Shown here in pieces: positions 47,943-56,898 of a stretch of 64,000 nt of DNA. The translations under genes were made by a program, and so were the position numbers. The notes beneath the pieces are model-generated. The model was not told the origin of the DNA. It was given only the letters and a program-made list of their open reading frames with translations, and made no database searches. Origin of the DNA: a virus; IMG/VR virus record IMGVR_UViG_3300046170_000301; one strand, written 5' to 3'. How positions within the stretch are numbered: the stretch's first letter is position 1; each line of letters begins with the position of its first letter.

Positions 47943-49971
47943 TCAACCAATCACTGGTGCTTTGAGAGCCACAGGAGTGGATTCAACGGAGGCAAGATCC
48001 AAGGGAAAGTTGTGTGCGTTCCTTTCGTGCATCACCTCAAATCCAAGGTTTGCTCGGTTGAGGATGTCAGCCCAAGTGTTGATAACACGACCCTCAGACT
48101 CCACAATAGACTGGTTGAAATTGAAACCATTAAGGTTAAAGGCCATAGTAGACACGCCAAGAGCAGCGAACCAGATACCAATAACAGGCCAAGCAGCCAG
48201 AAAAAAGTGAAGGCTACGGGAGTTATTAAACGAGGCATATTGGAAAATCAGACGACCAAAGTAACCATGAGCAGCTACGATGTTGTATGTTTCTTCTTCT
48301 TGTCCAAACTTGTATCCGTAGTTTTGGGAGTCTTGTTCTGTGGTTTCACGAACGAGAGAAGAAGTAACCAGACTTCCGTGCATAGCACTAAAGAGGCTGC
48401 CACCGAATACCCCAGCCACACCGAGCATATGGAAGGGATGCATAAGGATGTTGTGTTCTGCTTGGAAGACGAGCATGAAGTTGAACGTTCCCGAAATTCC
48501 AAGAGGCATTCCATCACTGAAGGAACCTTGACCGAAAGGATAGACAAGGAACACTGCAGAAGCAGCGGCAACAGGAGCAGAATAAGCAGTACAAATCCAA
48601 GGACGCATACCCAGACGATAGGAGAGTTCCCACTCTCGACCCATATAAGAGAAGACACCGATAAGGAAGTGGAAGACCACTAGTTGATAAGGACCACCAT
48701 TATATAGCCACTCATCGAGGCTGGCAGATTCCCAGATTGGATAGAACACATAACCCATAAGTTTCCTTATGGTGCTGACTATATCATCACCCTAAATTGA
48801 GGGTGTCGGGCGCTAATGTCGTATTACAGGTCACGCTTGACCAACCGACTAGTCGATGAACCTTACACAGAAGTATCGTCTGTGTCTTGGCTGCTGATTG
48901 CCATACCAGTAAAAGGGTTAGGTTTCCAGCAATTCACCCGATTTTCTTATACCATTACTGATATAAGGCACTCCTTTACGAATGCAATCCAATCGCATTA
49001 GAACTTGGAACAACAGCACCAGAAATGATGTTGTTTCCATACATGAGTGAACCAGAAACAGGTTCACGAATCCCGTCGCCTACATCTAACAAACAACCAT
49101 ATCTTTTGACTTAGGTTGTTTCTGTTGACGGATTTGATTTGCTCGTTTTGCATTTTCTACTCTTCCACCATTTTCTACCCACTCTTTCCAAGTTTGTAGA
49201 TGAGAAATACATTCGGTTATTCTTTCTGCTCGTCGTACTCCCATATAAGGAAGTATTTTTTGTAGAATGAATAATACCTTTTCTTTTTCTCCAATGTGAA
49301 GTGTATAAACTTGTTTACCTTTTACAGTTTTTCTTGATGGTGAGAAATAAGACTTATCTAAAAGTTTACTCAACCTTTGGATAATATCTTCATCTACCAT
49401 AGAAACTTTAATAAAAGGTGCTGGTGGTATTTTAGAAACTTCATAACGGTCTTTGGAACGATTATCTATTCCAAAGTATCCTTCACCTTCTAATAAACCA
49501 GCAATCCAAGCAACATCAGTTTCAGTTAGGTTTAACATTTTACTCTTGCATCTTCTGTATTATTTATACAGCATTAGCAAGAAAAAGTCAACAGTAGATG
49601 TGTGGACTATATCTTCACCCTTCATAGAAGGGGCTGGGCACTCTAGCCTGTTATTAAGAGGACTGAACCTCTCAGGTAGTCTCTGAACCTTCCTTAGGTG
49701 TACCTAAGGCTTGGCTGCTGATTGCCTTTCGGTTTCCAGCAATTCACCCAGTTTCGTCAATACTCTTACGAGTAAGGGACACCGATTAGTTAATGTCTAC
49801 GGGTGGTGCTCCAATAAAAGCAACGATGAAGCAGACAGTTGCGGCGAGCAACGTTGGAATCATTAGGGTTCCAAACCATCCGACATAAAGACGATTGTTT
49901 GTTGAAGTAACCCACTCACAGAATGATTCCCAGACGTTAATTCGTTGAGGTCTAAGAACTGTAGTTGTCAT
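47943..49971 (-). CDS. psbA: photosystem II D1 protein; three exons (49793-49971, 48982-49078, 47943-48746), 359 aa spliced
   Basis: [15 protein letters not shown]|DGIREPV, NAIGLH|FYPIWE and [14 protein letters not shown]; exons sum to 1080 nt in frame. Confidence 0.97.
48747..48981 (-). mobile_element. group I intron 2 in psbA (ORF-less, 235 nt, after CDS nt 276)
   Basis: exon ends in U and intron ends in G; P1 GCAU|UC pairs with GAGUGC with U.G at the junction; P AATTGCTGGAAA, Q AATCAGCAG, R TCATCGACTA, S GATATAGTC. Confidence 0.92.
49086..49538 (-). CDS. single-motif LAGLIDADG homing endonuclease (intron-encoded)
   Basis: [13 protein letters not shown] motif; lies after the S element. 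Confidence 0.85.
   Translation of the reverse strand: MLNLTETDVAWIAGLLEGEGYFGIDNRSKDRYEVSKIPPAPFIKVSMVDEDIIQRLSKLLDKSYFSPSRKTVKGKQVYTLHIGEKEKVLFILQKILPYMGVRRAERITECISHLQTWKEWVENGGRVENAKRANQIRQQKQPKSKDMVVC
49561..49568 (-). promoter_or_regulatory. T4-type late promoter inside intron 1
   Basis: exact TATAAATA 22 nt upstream of the endonuclease ATG. Confidence 0.75.
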
Positions 49972-50000
49972 AGTTAGTTAAAAAGACGGTAGTGTTTAGT

Positions 50001-50030
50001 TATGTAACGAGAGATGTAAAGTTTTGTATC
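50001..50030 (-). promoter_or_regulatory. HLR1-like (RpaB) direct repeats in the psbA leader
   Basis: GATACAAA-N2-TTTACATC-N4-GTTACATA versus consensus (G/T)TTACA(T/A)(T/A). Confidence 0.45.
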
Positions 50031-50041
50031 CCCCATCACAT

Positions 50042-50075
50042 TATTTATAATACAACCTTCTATTTATTCTGTCAA
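50042..50075 (-). promoter_or_regulatory. dual early/late psbA promoter
   Basis: TTGACA-N17-TATTAT overlapping TATAAATA. Confidence 0.8.
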
Positions 50076-50169
50076 TGGGTATCAATGCTTACTAATCTGT
50101 TGAGGCCCTGACATTAGAGTCCCTTATCAAACCAGATAAATAGAAAATAAGTGCCCACCATCGTCTATA

Positions 50170-52425
50170 ATGGCAAAGACATTCTCAAAATTTGGTCTGA
50201 AAAGAAGTTTGAATCTTGGAGATATACCAGATAGAAAGGCAGCGTTAAATAATATCCTAGACAACTTACGAGGGGCAAGAGAAAGTTTTACTTGGGAAGA
50301 CATAGAACTGTTAGGAGATATAAGTTTAACAGAAATAACAACTGAAACATTTACCAGTGCTTCTAATGCTACAGTAAAAAGTATAACTTCAAACGGAACT
50401 CTTCAAATCTATGAACCACTAATTACTTTAGAAAATAGATTTGATAAAGCATACTTCACAACTTCAGAACCTTTCTTTGCTGGTGGTGACGGTTTAACAG
50501 CAAAGTATTATGATAGTAATGCTGTATTACGTCAGACTCCAGAAAATGCTGCATCAAATTTCCTTGGATTTGATACAAATCTACTAGCAAAGACGGATAA
50601 TTTTTGGGAGCGTGGCAACTTTGTATATGATAGTAAAATTATTGTCGAGTTGCTATCTCTTTATGGTGGCGTAGAATGGGAAGGGTATTTCAAACCAAGT
50701 GAAGATGGATTACACAGATTAAGAATAGCCAGTGGCGGATTTGTAAAGATAGAATTTGATGACTTCACAGAAAGTAGAGAATTTACTCTTGATGCTAGCA
50801 ATGGAACATTTAATTATAATAACTATGACTTCACAAAGATGACAGTTCTTGCTGACCAAACAAAGCTAGACCAGTCTACAGATTTAGAAACAGCAGTTGT
50901 TGATGGAACTTCAAATACGATAGGAGACCCAAGAACAATCACCGTAGATTTAGGTTCTCTATCTAAGTGGGAAGCATATAAAATAAGAATCTCATACTTT
51001 ATTGATGAGGCTGCATTAGCACCAGGAGCAGAAGTATCAAAGTCTATCAATGTAAATATTGTTTCTCCTAGTAATCAAACATTTAATGATTTAAATTACA
51101 AAAGACTTTACACAAAAGACTACTTCCAAAACTACGACATTGGAGACTTTAAAGCATTCATTGAAGACTCTATCAGTAAAGGAGGAACAGAAATTGGATT
51201 ACAAGGAACTATTGGTGATACCGTAACAAACTTCAATCCTATTATTTCTTACCACGAGTTTCCAACCTCAACATCACAAATTGAATTAGAAGTAGATGGG
51301 TGTGATGTAGTTTTAGACAGAACTAATATTAAAATATCAAACTCTAGACCAAACTCAACAGAAGATATTGAAGTGGGAAACTTTATTTTTGGTGATGGTA
51401 TTCCTGATGGTTGCAGAGTAACAAAAGTAATTATCAATAATAGCGTTGAAGTTTATCCAGTTCTTACAGGAACATTTAATAATGCAACTTTAACCTTTGT
51501 TAATCATAGAGGTCTTGTTGCTTTTGGTGATGGAGATGTAGCGCAAGATGGCATCACAAACATCACTAATTCAATTAACTTAGCAGATATAAAGAGAGAC
51601 CAAGTTTTACTTTCTTCTGGACTTTCTTCTACATTTGATGATGAAAGAGAGGGAACTACAGGAAACACTTTAACAGGAAGACTAGTAGAAGAATATGATG
51701 GTTCACAAATTGTCTTCAAAGATATTACATCTTCTACTGATATTGGCAATCAAAGATTTTATGTTTATCAATCATTTGGATTGAACAATGATGGATTAGA
51801 TACATTCTGCGTAGGAGTTTATGCAAAGAGAATTAGAGCTGGCGATGGAAACAATGCAGCAAACTTTACCTATACAAACACTGGTGCAACTAATGTTGTT
51901 GTAAAACTTGATGATGTAAATGACTTAACAACTGGGATGTGTGCTCATCTATTCCCAACTATTAACTACGGTTCAAGAGAAGATGGTTCGGTTGATGAAT
52001 TGTTTAGTGAGGTAACTATTACAAATATTTCTGGGAATGATGTTACTCTCACTCATGAGGGAGGTGGTTCTGTATTGATTGCAGATTTAAATTACTTACC
52101 AGATGTAATCACACGAATCACATTCTCACCTACAGATATTAACAAAGAAGTTTGCTTTAGACCAACAGATACTTCGCCACCATTTAGCGCAAGTCCTATT
52201 GGATTAACCACAAACTTTGATGTTGCTATGGTTGATGACTTCACATCAAACGGAGGAGGTAATTTGAATCCTGGTGGTAAAGTTGCATACTTTGCTCTTG
52301 AAATCAATCATAATACTGGAGATGTAGCATCAAACGTATTAACATATTCCAATCAAACAATATCAAACTACTTGCCAATCGAAGATGATGCTGGCAATAC
52401 TTTCTATATGATTTTAGGAGACTGA
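50170..52425 (+). CDS. virion structural protein with a PA14-like segment
   Basis: GLTAKYY...GVEWEGYFKP..DG; ATAAATA at 50136-50142. Confidence 0.6.
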   Translation: MAKTFSKFGLKRSLNLGDIPDRKAALNNILDNLRGARESFTWEDIELLGDISLTEITTETFTSASNATVKSITSNGTLQIYEPLITLENRFDKAYFTTSEPFFAGGDGLTAKYYDSNAVLRQTPENAASNFLGFDTNLLAKTDNFWERGNFVYDSKIIVELLSLYGGVEWEGYFKPSEDGLHRLRIASGGFVKIEFDDFTESREFTLDASNGTFNYNNYDFTKMTVLADQTKLDQSTDLETAVVDGTSNTIGDPRTITVDLGSLSKWEAYKIRISYFIDEAALAPGAEVSKSINVNIVSPSNQTFNDLNYKRLYTKDYFQNYDIGDFKAFIEDSISKGGTEIGLQGTIGDTVTNFNPIISYHEFPTSTSQIELEVDGCDVVLDRTNIKISNSRPNSTEDIEVGNFIFGDGIPDGCRVTKVIINNSVEVYPVLTGTFNNATLTFVNHRGLVAFGDGDVAQDGITNITNSINLADIKRDQVLLSSGLSSTFDDEREGTTGNTLTGRLVEEYDGSQIVFKDITSSTDIGNQRFYVYQSFGLNNDGLDTFCVGVYAKRIRAGDGNNAANFTYTNTGATNVVVKLDDVNDLTTGMCAHLFPTINYGSREDGSVDELFSEVTITNISGNDVTLTHEGGGSVLIADLNYLPDVITRITFSPTDINKEVCFRPTDTSPPFSASPIGLTTNFDVAMVDDFTSNGGGNLNPGGKVAYFALEINHNTGDVASNVLTYSNQTISNYLPIEDDAGNTFYMILGD

Positions 52426-53724
52426 ACTTGCTAACAAGAAATTATACTCTTCTCCGTTAACTATAACTGGTAGTTTATGAGTAAACTTTTGTGGTGGTGT
52501 GAGACCAGTAACAGATTCTACAATAACATTTTGAACCCCGTCCATTGCGATGGGGTTTCCTTTTAATACCATGTTACCAATACTCATTTCTTGATTGGTA
52601 GCAGACCTCCCAGCAATAACAGCATACTCTAATGTTCCAGACGCTTGGTCAAGTTCCCATGGTTGAGTATTATCCGAAAATGCTCTAAGTCTTTGGATAT
52701 TATCTGGGTCTGAACTTGGGTCAATGATAAAAATACCAGGACTATGCTCATCAAATAATTTTTCTGTGCTTGAGTTAAATCCATCAAGGTCAATCGTTCT
52801 AATATTACCACCAACTTTCAAAGGATTGGCATCAAATACATTATCGTTAGACCTCGTATATTTCTTACGTCTAAAATAATCAGCAGCGTCAAGAATAGAT
52901 TCTAAGTAATCAAAGTTATCACCAAAACTTATTCTCAATATATTATTAGAATAATCAAACCCATCATCTTGAAACTCTGGGAGAGAAAGATTTCTCAAAG
53001 ACTGTTGAGTTACTTCATTATTTCTTTCAAAAATTAATGGATAGTTTACTGTAGATGTAATACTTATTGGGTTTACAAGTTGTCCTCTAGTATAACTAGT
53101 TGCTATTTGAAATCTATCAATAGCATTAGACAACACAACAAAATAATCTTGAGTGTAACTCAAAGGATTTGGGAGGGGGAATAAATTACAAATAGCATAT
53201 GGATACCTATCAGTCGAATCAAATGTTCCTGGTTCTTCTCCTTCGTATTCAATGTCTACTAATATTAATGTATTTGTTCCAGCAATTCCGCCAATAGTAT
53301 AATCATTTTCATTGAATCTAATAGTTCCTGGTCCGTCGAAGAATGTATCTCTAAGTCTTACAGTAACTTTTGTGGCAATATCTGTAGTAGTTAACCCATG
53401 AGGTTCATTAAAAGTTACTGTAAGACTGTCATTAACTGAGTTGTAAGTTAGATTACTGATAGACCTACCAGCTTTTAGTTTAATTGGGTCGCCATTTCCA
53501 TAGCAAGCAAGCAAATCAAATCTAAAAATTTTATTGCTAATAATTTCGTTGTTAGGAAGTCCAGGTTTGTATACAACTTTACTAGTATTTTTTGTATTGC
53601 CAGCAAAGACAGAGATATCATCTGATATACTACCACCAGCTAAATTGTTAATAGATTTTACTTCATCTATTGTTTCGGATAGGTTAAAACTTCTAACATA
53701 CCCTTGATTAATTGAAACTGCCAT
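52414..53724 (-). CDS. virion structural protein (436 aa)
   Basis: shares N-terminal and FTHKLPVIVNGE motifs with neighbours. Confidence 0.6.
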   Translation of the reverse strand: MAVSINQGYVRSFNLSETIDEVKSINNLAGGSISDDISVFAGNTKNTSKVVYKPGLPNNEIISNKIFRFDLLACYGNGDPIKLKAGRSISNLTYNSVNDSLTVTFNEPHGLTTTDIATKVTVRLRDTFFDGPGTIRFNENDYTIGGIAGTNTLILVDIEYEGEEPGTFDSTDRYPYAICNLFPLPNPLSYTQDYFVVLSNAIDRFQIATSYTRGQLVNPISITSTVNYPLIFERNNEVTQQSLRNLSLPEFQDDGFDYSNNILRISFGDNFDYLESILDAADYFRRKKYTRSNDNVFDANPLKVGGNIRTIDLDGFNSSTEKLFDEHSPGIFIIDPSSDPDNIQRLRAFSDNTQPWELDQASGTLEYAVIAGRSATNQEMSIGNMVLKGNPIAMDGVQNVIVESVTGLTPPQKFTHKLPVIVNGEEYNFLLASSVS

Positions 53725-56700
53725 TAGTTATTTACCTGAACTACCCAACCAACATTTCTTAAAAACTCTACCGCAGCAAATCCAGTATATGCATTAGCGT
53801 CAGTTCTTTGAGTTACACTACTGACATTAATTTTTATATGACCGAAATCTGTTTCACCAGCAGAGTTTTTAAACTCAATGACATCACCTGTTTTTAATGT
53901 ATCACCATTACTATAGTTTACCCCACCACTATTTATTGCTGTTACTGAATATGAAGCACTATTATAAATGATTGGCGTGATGTCAGTAATTGTAACTTCA
54001 ACATCATCTCCAGTTGACCCCAAATTAGAACCAGCAATAACAATAACATCACCACTTTCGTAACCAGTTCCACCATCAACTAATGTGCAGTTAGTTACTT
54101 GACCAAATGTAGTACTTTGCGAATCTGTATCCACTGTTACAAGTATTCTAGCACCAGAACCATTTGCTTTTGTTCCATTGTCTTCAAATGTTCCACCTGT
54201 CGTATAGTTTCCATCAGTATTTCCTGGTGCGGTGAATGTTCCAATAGAACTCACAACCTTTTCATCTGCATCTACAGTGACTTGAATATTTGCAGAAATT
54301 CCTTGACCATCTCCTGTATTACCATCATATGTTAAACCAACATTTGTGTATGTTTTTGTGATTGGGAAATAACCACTAGCAACTCCACCAACTCCACCAA
54401 AGTTAGTAATCTCTCCACCAGTAACTGTTGGTTGAGTTGCAATACCAAGACCATTTACAATACCCGTAATAATTGGATATGGTGTTGGAGCTGAATTAGA
54501 ACCAAGAAGATTAATAGTAACTCCTCTTCTAACTACTTTCTGGTAGTTCTTTACCAAATCAAATAGTATATTATCGACTGCACTAGTAGAAAGAATGTTA
54601 GCAGATAAATCTAACTGCTTTAATTTTCTAAGGTTTTCAAACCCACCAACATAATTATCAAATTGATTATTGTTTAAAGAAACATATTGAACATTTGGTA
54701 TTTGATTGCTCAAGAAAGGAAGAGTGCCATCAAAATCATTGGAAGATGCATAAAAATATCCCAGATTAGGAGCACTAAAGTCTGGTGAAATAGATGTTAA
54801 ATCATTTCCACTTACATTAATATAATCTAAAGAGTTTTTAGCGGTATATGCAATGCTACCAACAAAGCTATTGTTATATAAATCAATTCTACTTATACTA
54901 AAAGAAGATGAAAAGTTTGGTAGTGGTCCTGTCCATCCTTCATCAGAAGTTCTGATGTCTCTAAGTTGTGTACATTTTTCTAGGTCTGGGAAGTCTCCAG
55001 TAAATCTTCCTGCTGCATACAACATTAGATTTTGTAGTGTATCTTTAAGTGGAGTAAAAGTATTTCTACCAATTGGACCAGCGAAATTTCCATTGTTTAC
55101 CCTAAGATAGAAAGTAACTACTTCTCTTGCTTGTTCAAAAGTATCATCATATAAACATTTAGTTTCTGTTTGTCCTGGTCTTCCAGCAATAAGTCCATTA
55201 CAATCACTCAAATCAACACTAGATAATCTAGAGTTTCCGATGAACTTGGGAATATATCCACGAACACCAGAACCAATCAATCCCATACCAGTGAGACCAC
55301 TACATCCAGCATACTTATAAGGAGCATCATTAGATGGTTCATTAGCAGAACCTATCACACCATCCCATCCAGTGTAAAAAGACCCAAAGTTCCTAGTGTA
55401 AGCAGCATTAAGAGTTTCTAACGTTGTAATGTTTGCTAGAGTTGGACCAGATAATCCAGTGCTATGTATTCTTAAATAAACAAGTTTCTGACTTACTAAT
55501 GAAAAATTAGTATTGACTAAATTGTAATTATTAGATAAATCTAATCTTTGTAATGACTCTAGTTCCTGAATATTTTTTGTAGTTGAACTTGATGTTCCAG
55601 CACTTCTAAAGTCATTTCCAATAGCATAAAATTCTCTAAGCTTATGAGTATTGCCATCAGAAGTTCCATAGAAATTAGGCAGTTCTCCACTTGGATTTAA
55701 ACTATCTGGATAGAAGTATGGAGATCCTGACCTATTAATATTTAAATACTCAAGGTCTTGAAACTTCTCAAATATACCTTGTTCAATACCACCAAAAAAG
55801 TTACCACGAAAAAATAAAGTTTTTAATGTTGCTGGCAGTCTATCAATAACATTTTGATTTAATTTTGTGTAATCTCTATCAGCACCATTATAAAAAGGAT
55901 TGTTATTAATATTAAAGTATTCTAAATTAGGAGCAAAAAAATTAATGTCTGGAAAATCTGTAATACCGTTATTATAAAAATCTAATCTATCAAGATTGTT
56001 AAGTCGTACTCTTGGTATTTCTTGAATATTTGTGTCTACAATTTCTAATCTAGTGATGACATCTGGACTATAGTAAACTTCAATATATCTTTCTGCAGAA
56101 AATGGTGACCTATAATCTAAAATAGATTGATTGTCACTACCAATGTTTTCAAAATCTTCATTACCACCAATGCCATCAGTTCTATAAAGTCTCCAACTTA
56201 CCTTTCTACCAAGAACCTGATTGAAATCAACAACACCATGAAAATTTCTAAAGAATCCTTTGAACTTCAAAGGAATACCTTTCATAGCATAGATGTATTT
56301 TGTTTCTCCGTTAAGATTTATTTTAATTCTATGAGTTGGGACTTCAGAATCAAACTTTTTCTCAGTAGCAACTGTTGTTGTTTTTATTTTGCCAGCTTTT
56401 AATGTGCCTCCAATTTCTACGTCAGCACCATAGATAATAGTATCACCAATAGTGCTCCAAGAACTAACTCTTGATGTAGAAATGTCTCCCCACTTTAGTT
56501 TTGGTGTAGCATCATTCGTATCAATAAGAGTATATCTAAATGCAGTAGAATTGATACTACCAGATACTTCTAAGTTTCCACGTAATTGGAAATCTACTCC
56601 CCCAGAATCAGATAAACTACTTTGATACGTAGAAACATCATTAATATATCTATCAAAAGTTCTCCAAACTGGGGAGGTTAAATTAGATATAGTTTGTAAA

Positions 56701-56894
56701 TCATTTGAATCAAATACAGAACCTTCGTTAATATTTTCTGGGTCAGCATCTTCAGCAGTAGTTGAAATACCTCTAATGATTTCAAGGTCATCAATATTCA
56801 AATCAAGATTTTCTAGTGCCAGTCTTCTATCAGGAACATCTGCTAGAGAAAGTGGAACTGCTATACCAAAAATTCTATTATTCTTAATAGCCAT
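53724..56894 (-). CDS. leucine-rich-repeat structural protein (1056 aa)
   Basis: many LxxLxLxxN repeats (LQRLDLSNN, ISRIDLYNNSFVGSI, LDYINVSGNDL, LKQLDLSANIL); fibre-like GG.GY..GD C-terminal repeats. Confidence 0.8.
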   Translation of the reverse strand: MAIKNNRIFGIAVPLSLADVPDRRLALENLDLNIDDLEIIRGISTTAEDADPENINEGSVFDSNDLQTISNLTSPVWRTFDRYINDVSTYQSSLSDSGGVDFQLRGNLEVSGSINSTAFRYTLIDTNDATPKLKWGDISTSRVSSWSTIGDTIIYGADVEIGGTLKAGKIKTTTVATEKKFDSEVPTHRIKINLNGETKYIYAMKGIPLKFKGFFRNFHGVVDFNQVLGRKVSWRLYRTDGIGGNEDFENIGSDNQSILDYRSPFSAERYIEVYYSPDVITRLEIVDTNIQEIPRVRLNNLDRLDFYNNGITDFPDINFFAPNLEYFNINNNPFYNGADRDYTKLNQNVIDRLPATLKTLFFRGNFFGGIEQGIFEKFQDLEYLNINRSGSPYFYPDSLNPSGELPNFYGTSDGNTHKLREFYAIGNDFRSAGTSSSTTKNIQELESLQRLDLSNNYNLVNTNFSLVSQKLVYLRIHSTGLSGPTLANITTLETLNAAYTRNFGSFYTGWDGVIGSANEPSNDAPYKYAGCSGLTGMGLIGSGVRGYIPKFIGNSRLSSVDLSDCNGLIAGRPGQTETKCLYDDTFEQAREVVTFYLRVNNGNFAGPIGRNTFTPLKDTLQNLMLYAAGRFTGDFPDLEKCTQLRDIRTSDEGWTGPLPNFSSSFSISRIDLYNNSFVGSIAYTAKNSLDYINVSGNDLTSISPDFSAPNLGYFYASSNDFDGTLPFLSNQIPNVQYVSLNNNQFDNYVGGFENLRKLKQLDLSANILSTSAVDNILFDLVKNYQKVVRRGVTINLLGSNSAPTPYPIITGIVNGLGIATQPTVTGGEITNFGGVGGVASGYFPITKTYTNVGLTYDGNTGDGQGISANIQVTVDADEKVVSSIGTFTAPGNTDGNYTTGGTFEDNGTKANGSGARILVTVDTDSQSTTFGQVTNCTLVDGGTGYESGDVIVIAGSNLGSTGDDVEVTITDITPIIYNSASYSVTAINSGGVNYSNGDTLKTGDVIEFKNSAGETDFGHIKINVSSVTQRTDANAYTGFAAVEFLRNVGWVVQVNN

Positions 56895-56898
56895 ATTT

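Larger units (their letters stand above)
49079..49792 (-). mobile_element. group I intron 1 in psbA (714 nt, after CDS nt 179) with a homing endonuclease ORF
   Basis: P1 GACAU| pairs with GUGUC; terminal G; P AATTGCTGGAAA, Q AATCAGCAG, R TCAGAGACTA, S AAGATATAGTCC. Confidence 0.92.

Noticed and set aside
47883-48683. 266-aa plus-strand ORF and other ORFs over psbA
   Set aside because: Antisense or alternate-frame shadows of psbA exon 3.
48747-48758. ATG start of the 271-aa psbA ORF (MGYV)
   Set aside because: It lies inside intron 2; the true CDS continues from upstream exons.
49972-50000. PhotoRC-type RNA motif in the psbA leader
   Set aside because: No convincing hairpin visible by eye; it would need a covariance-model search.
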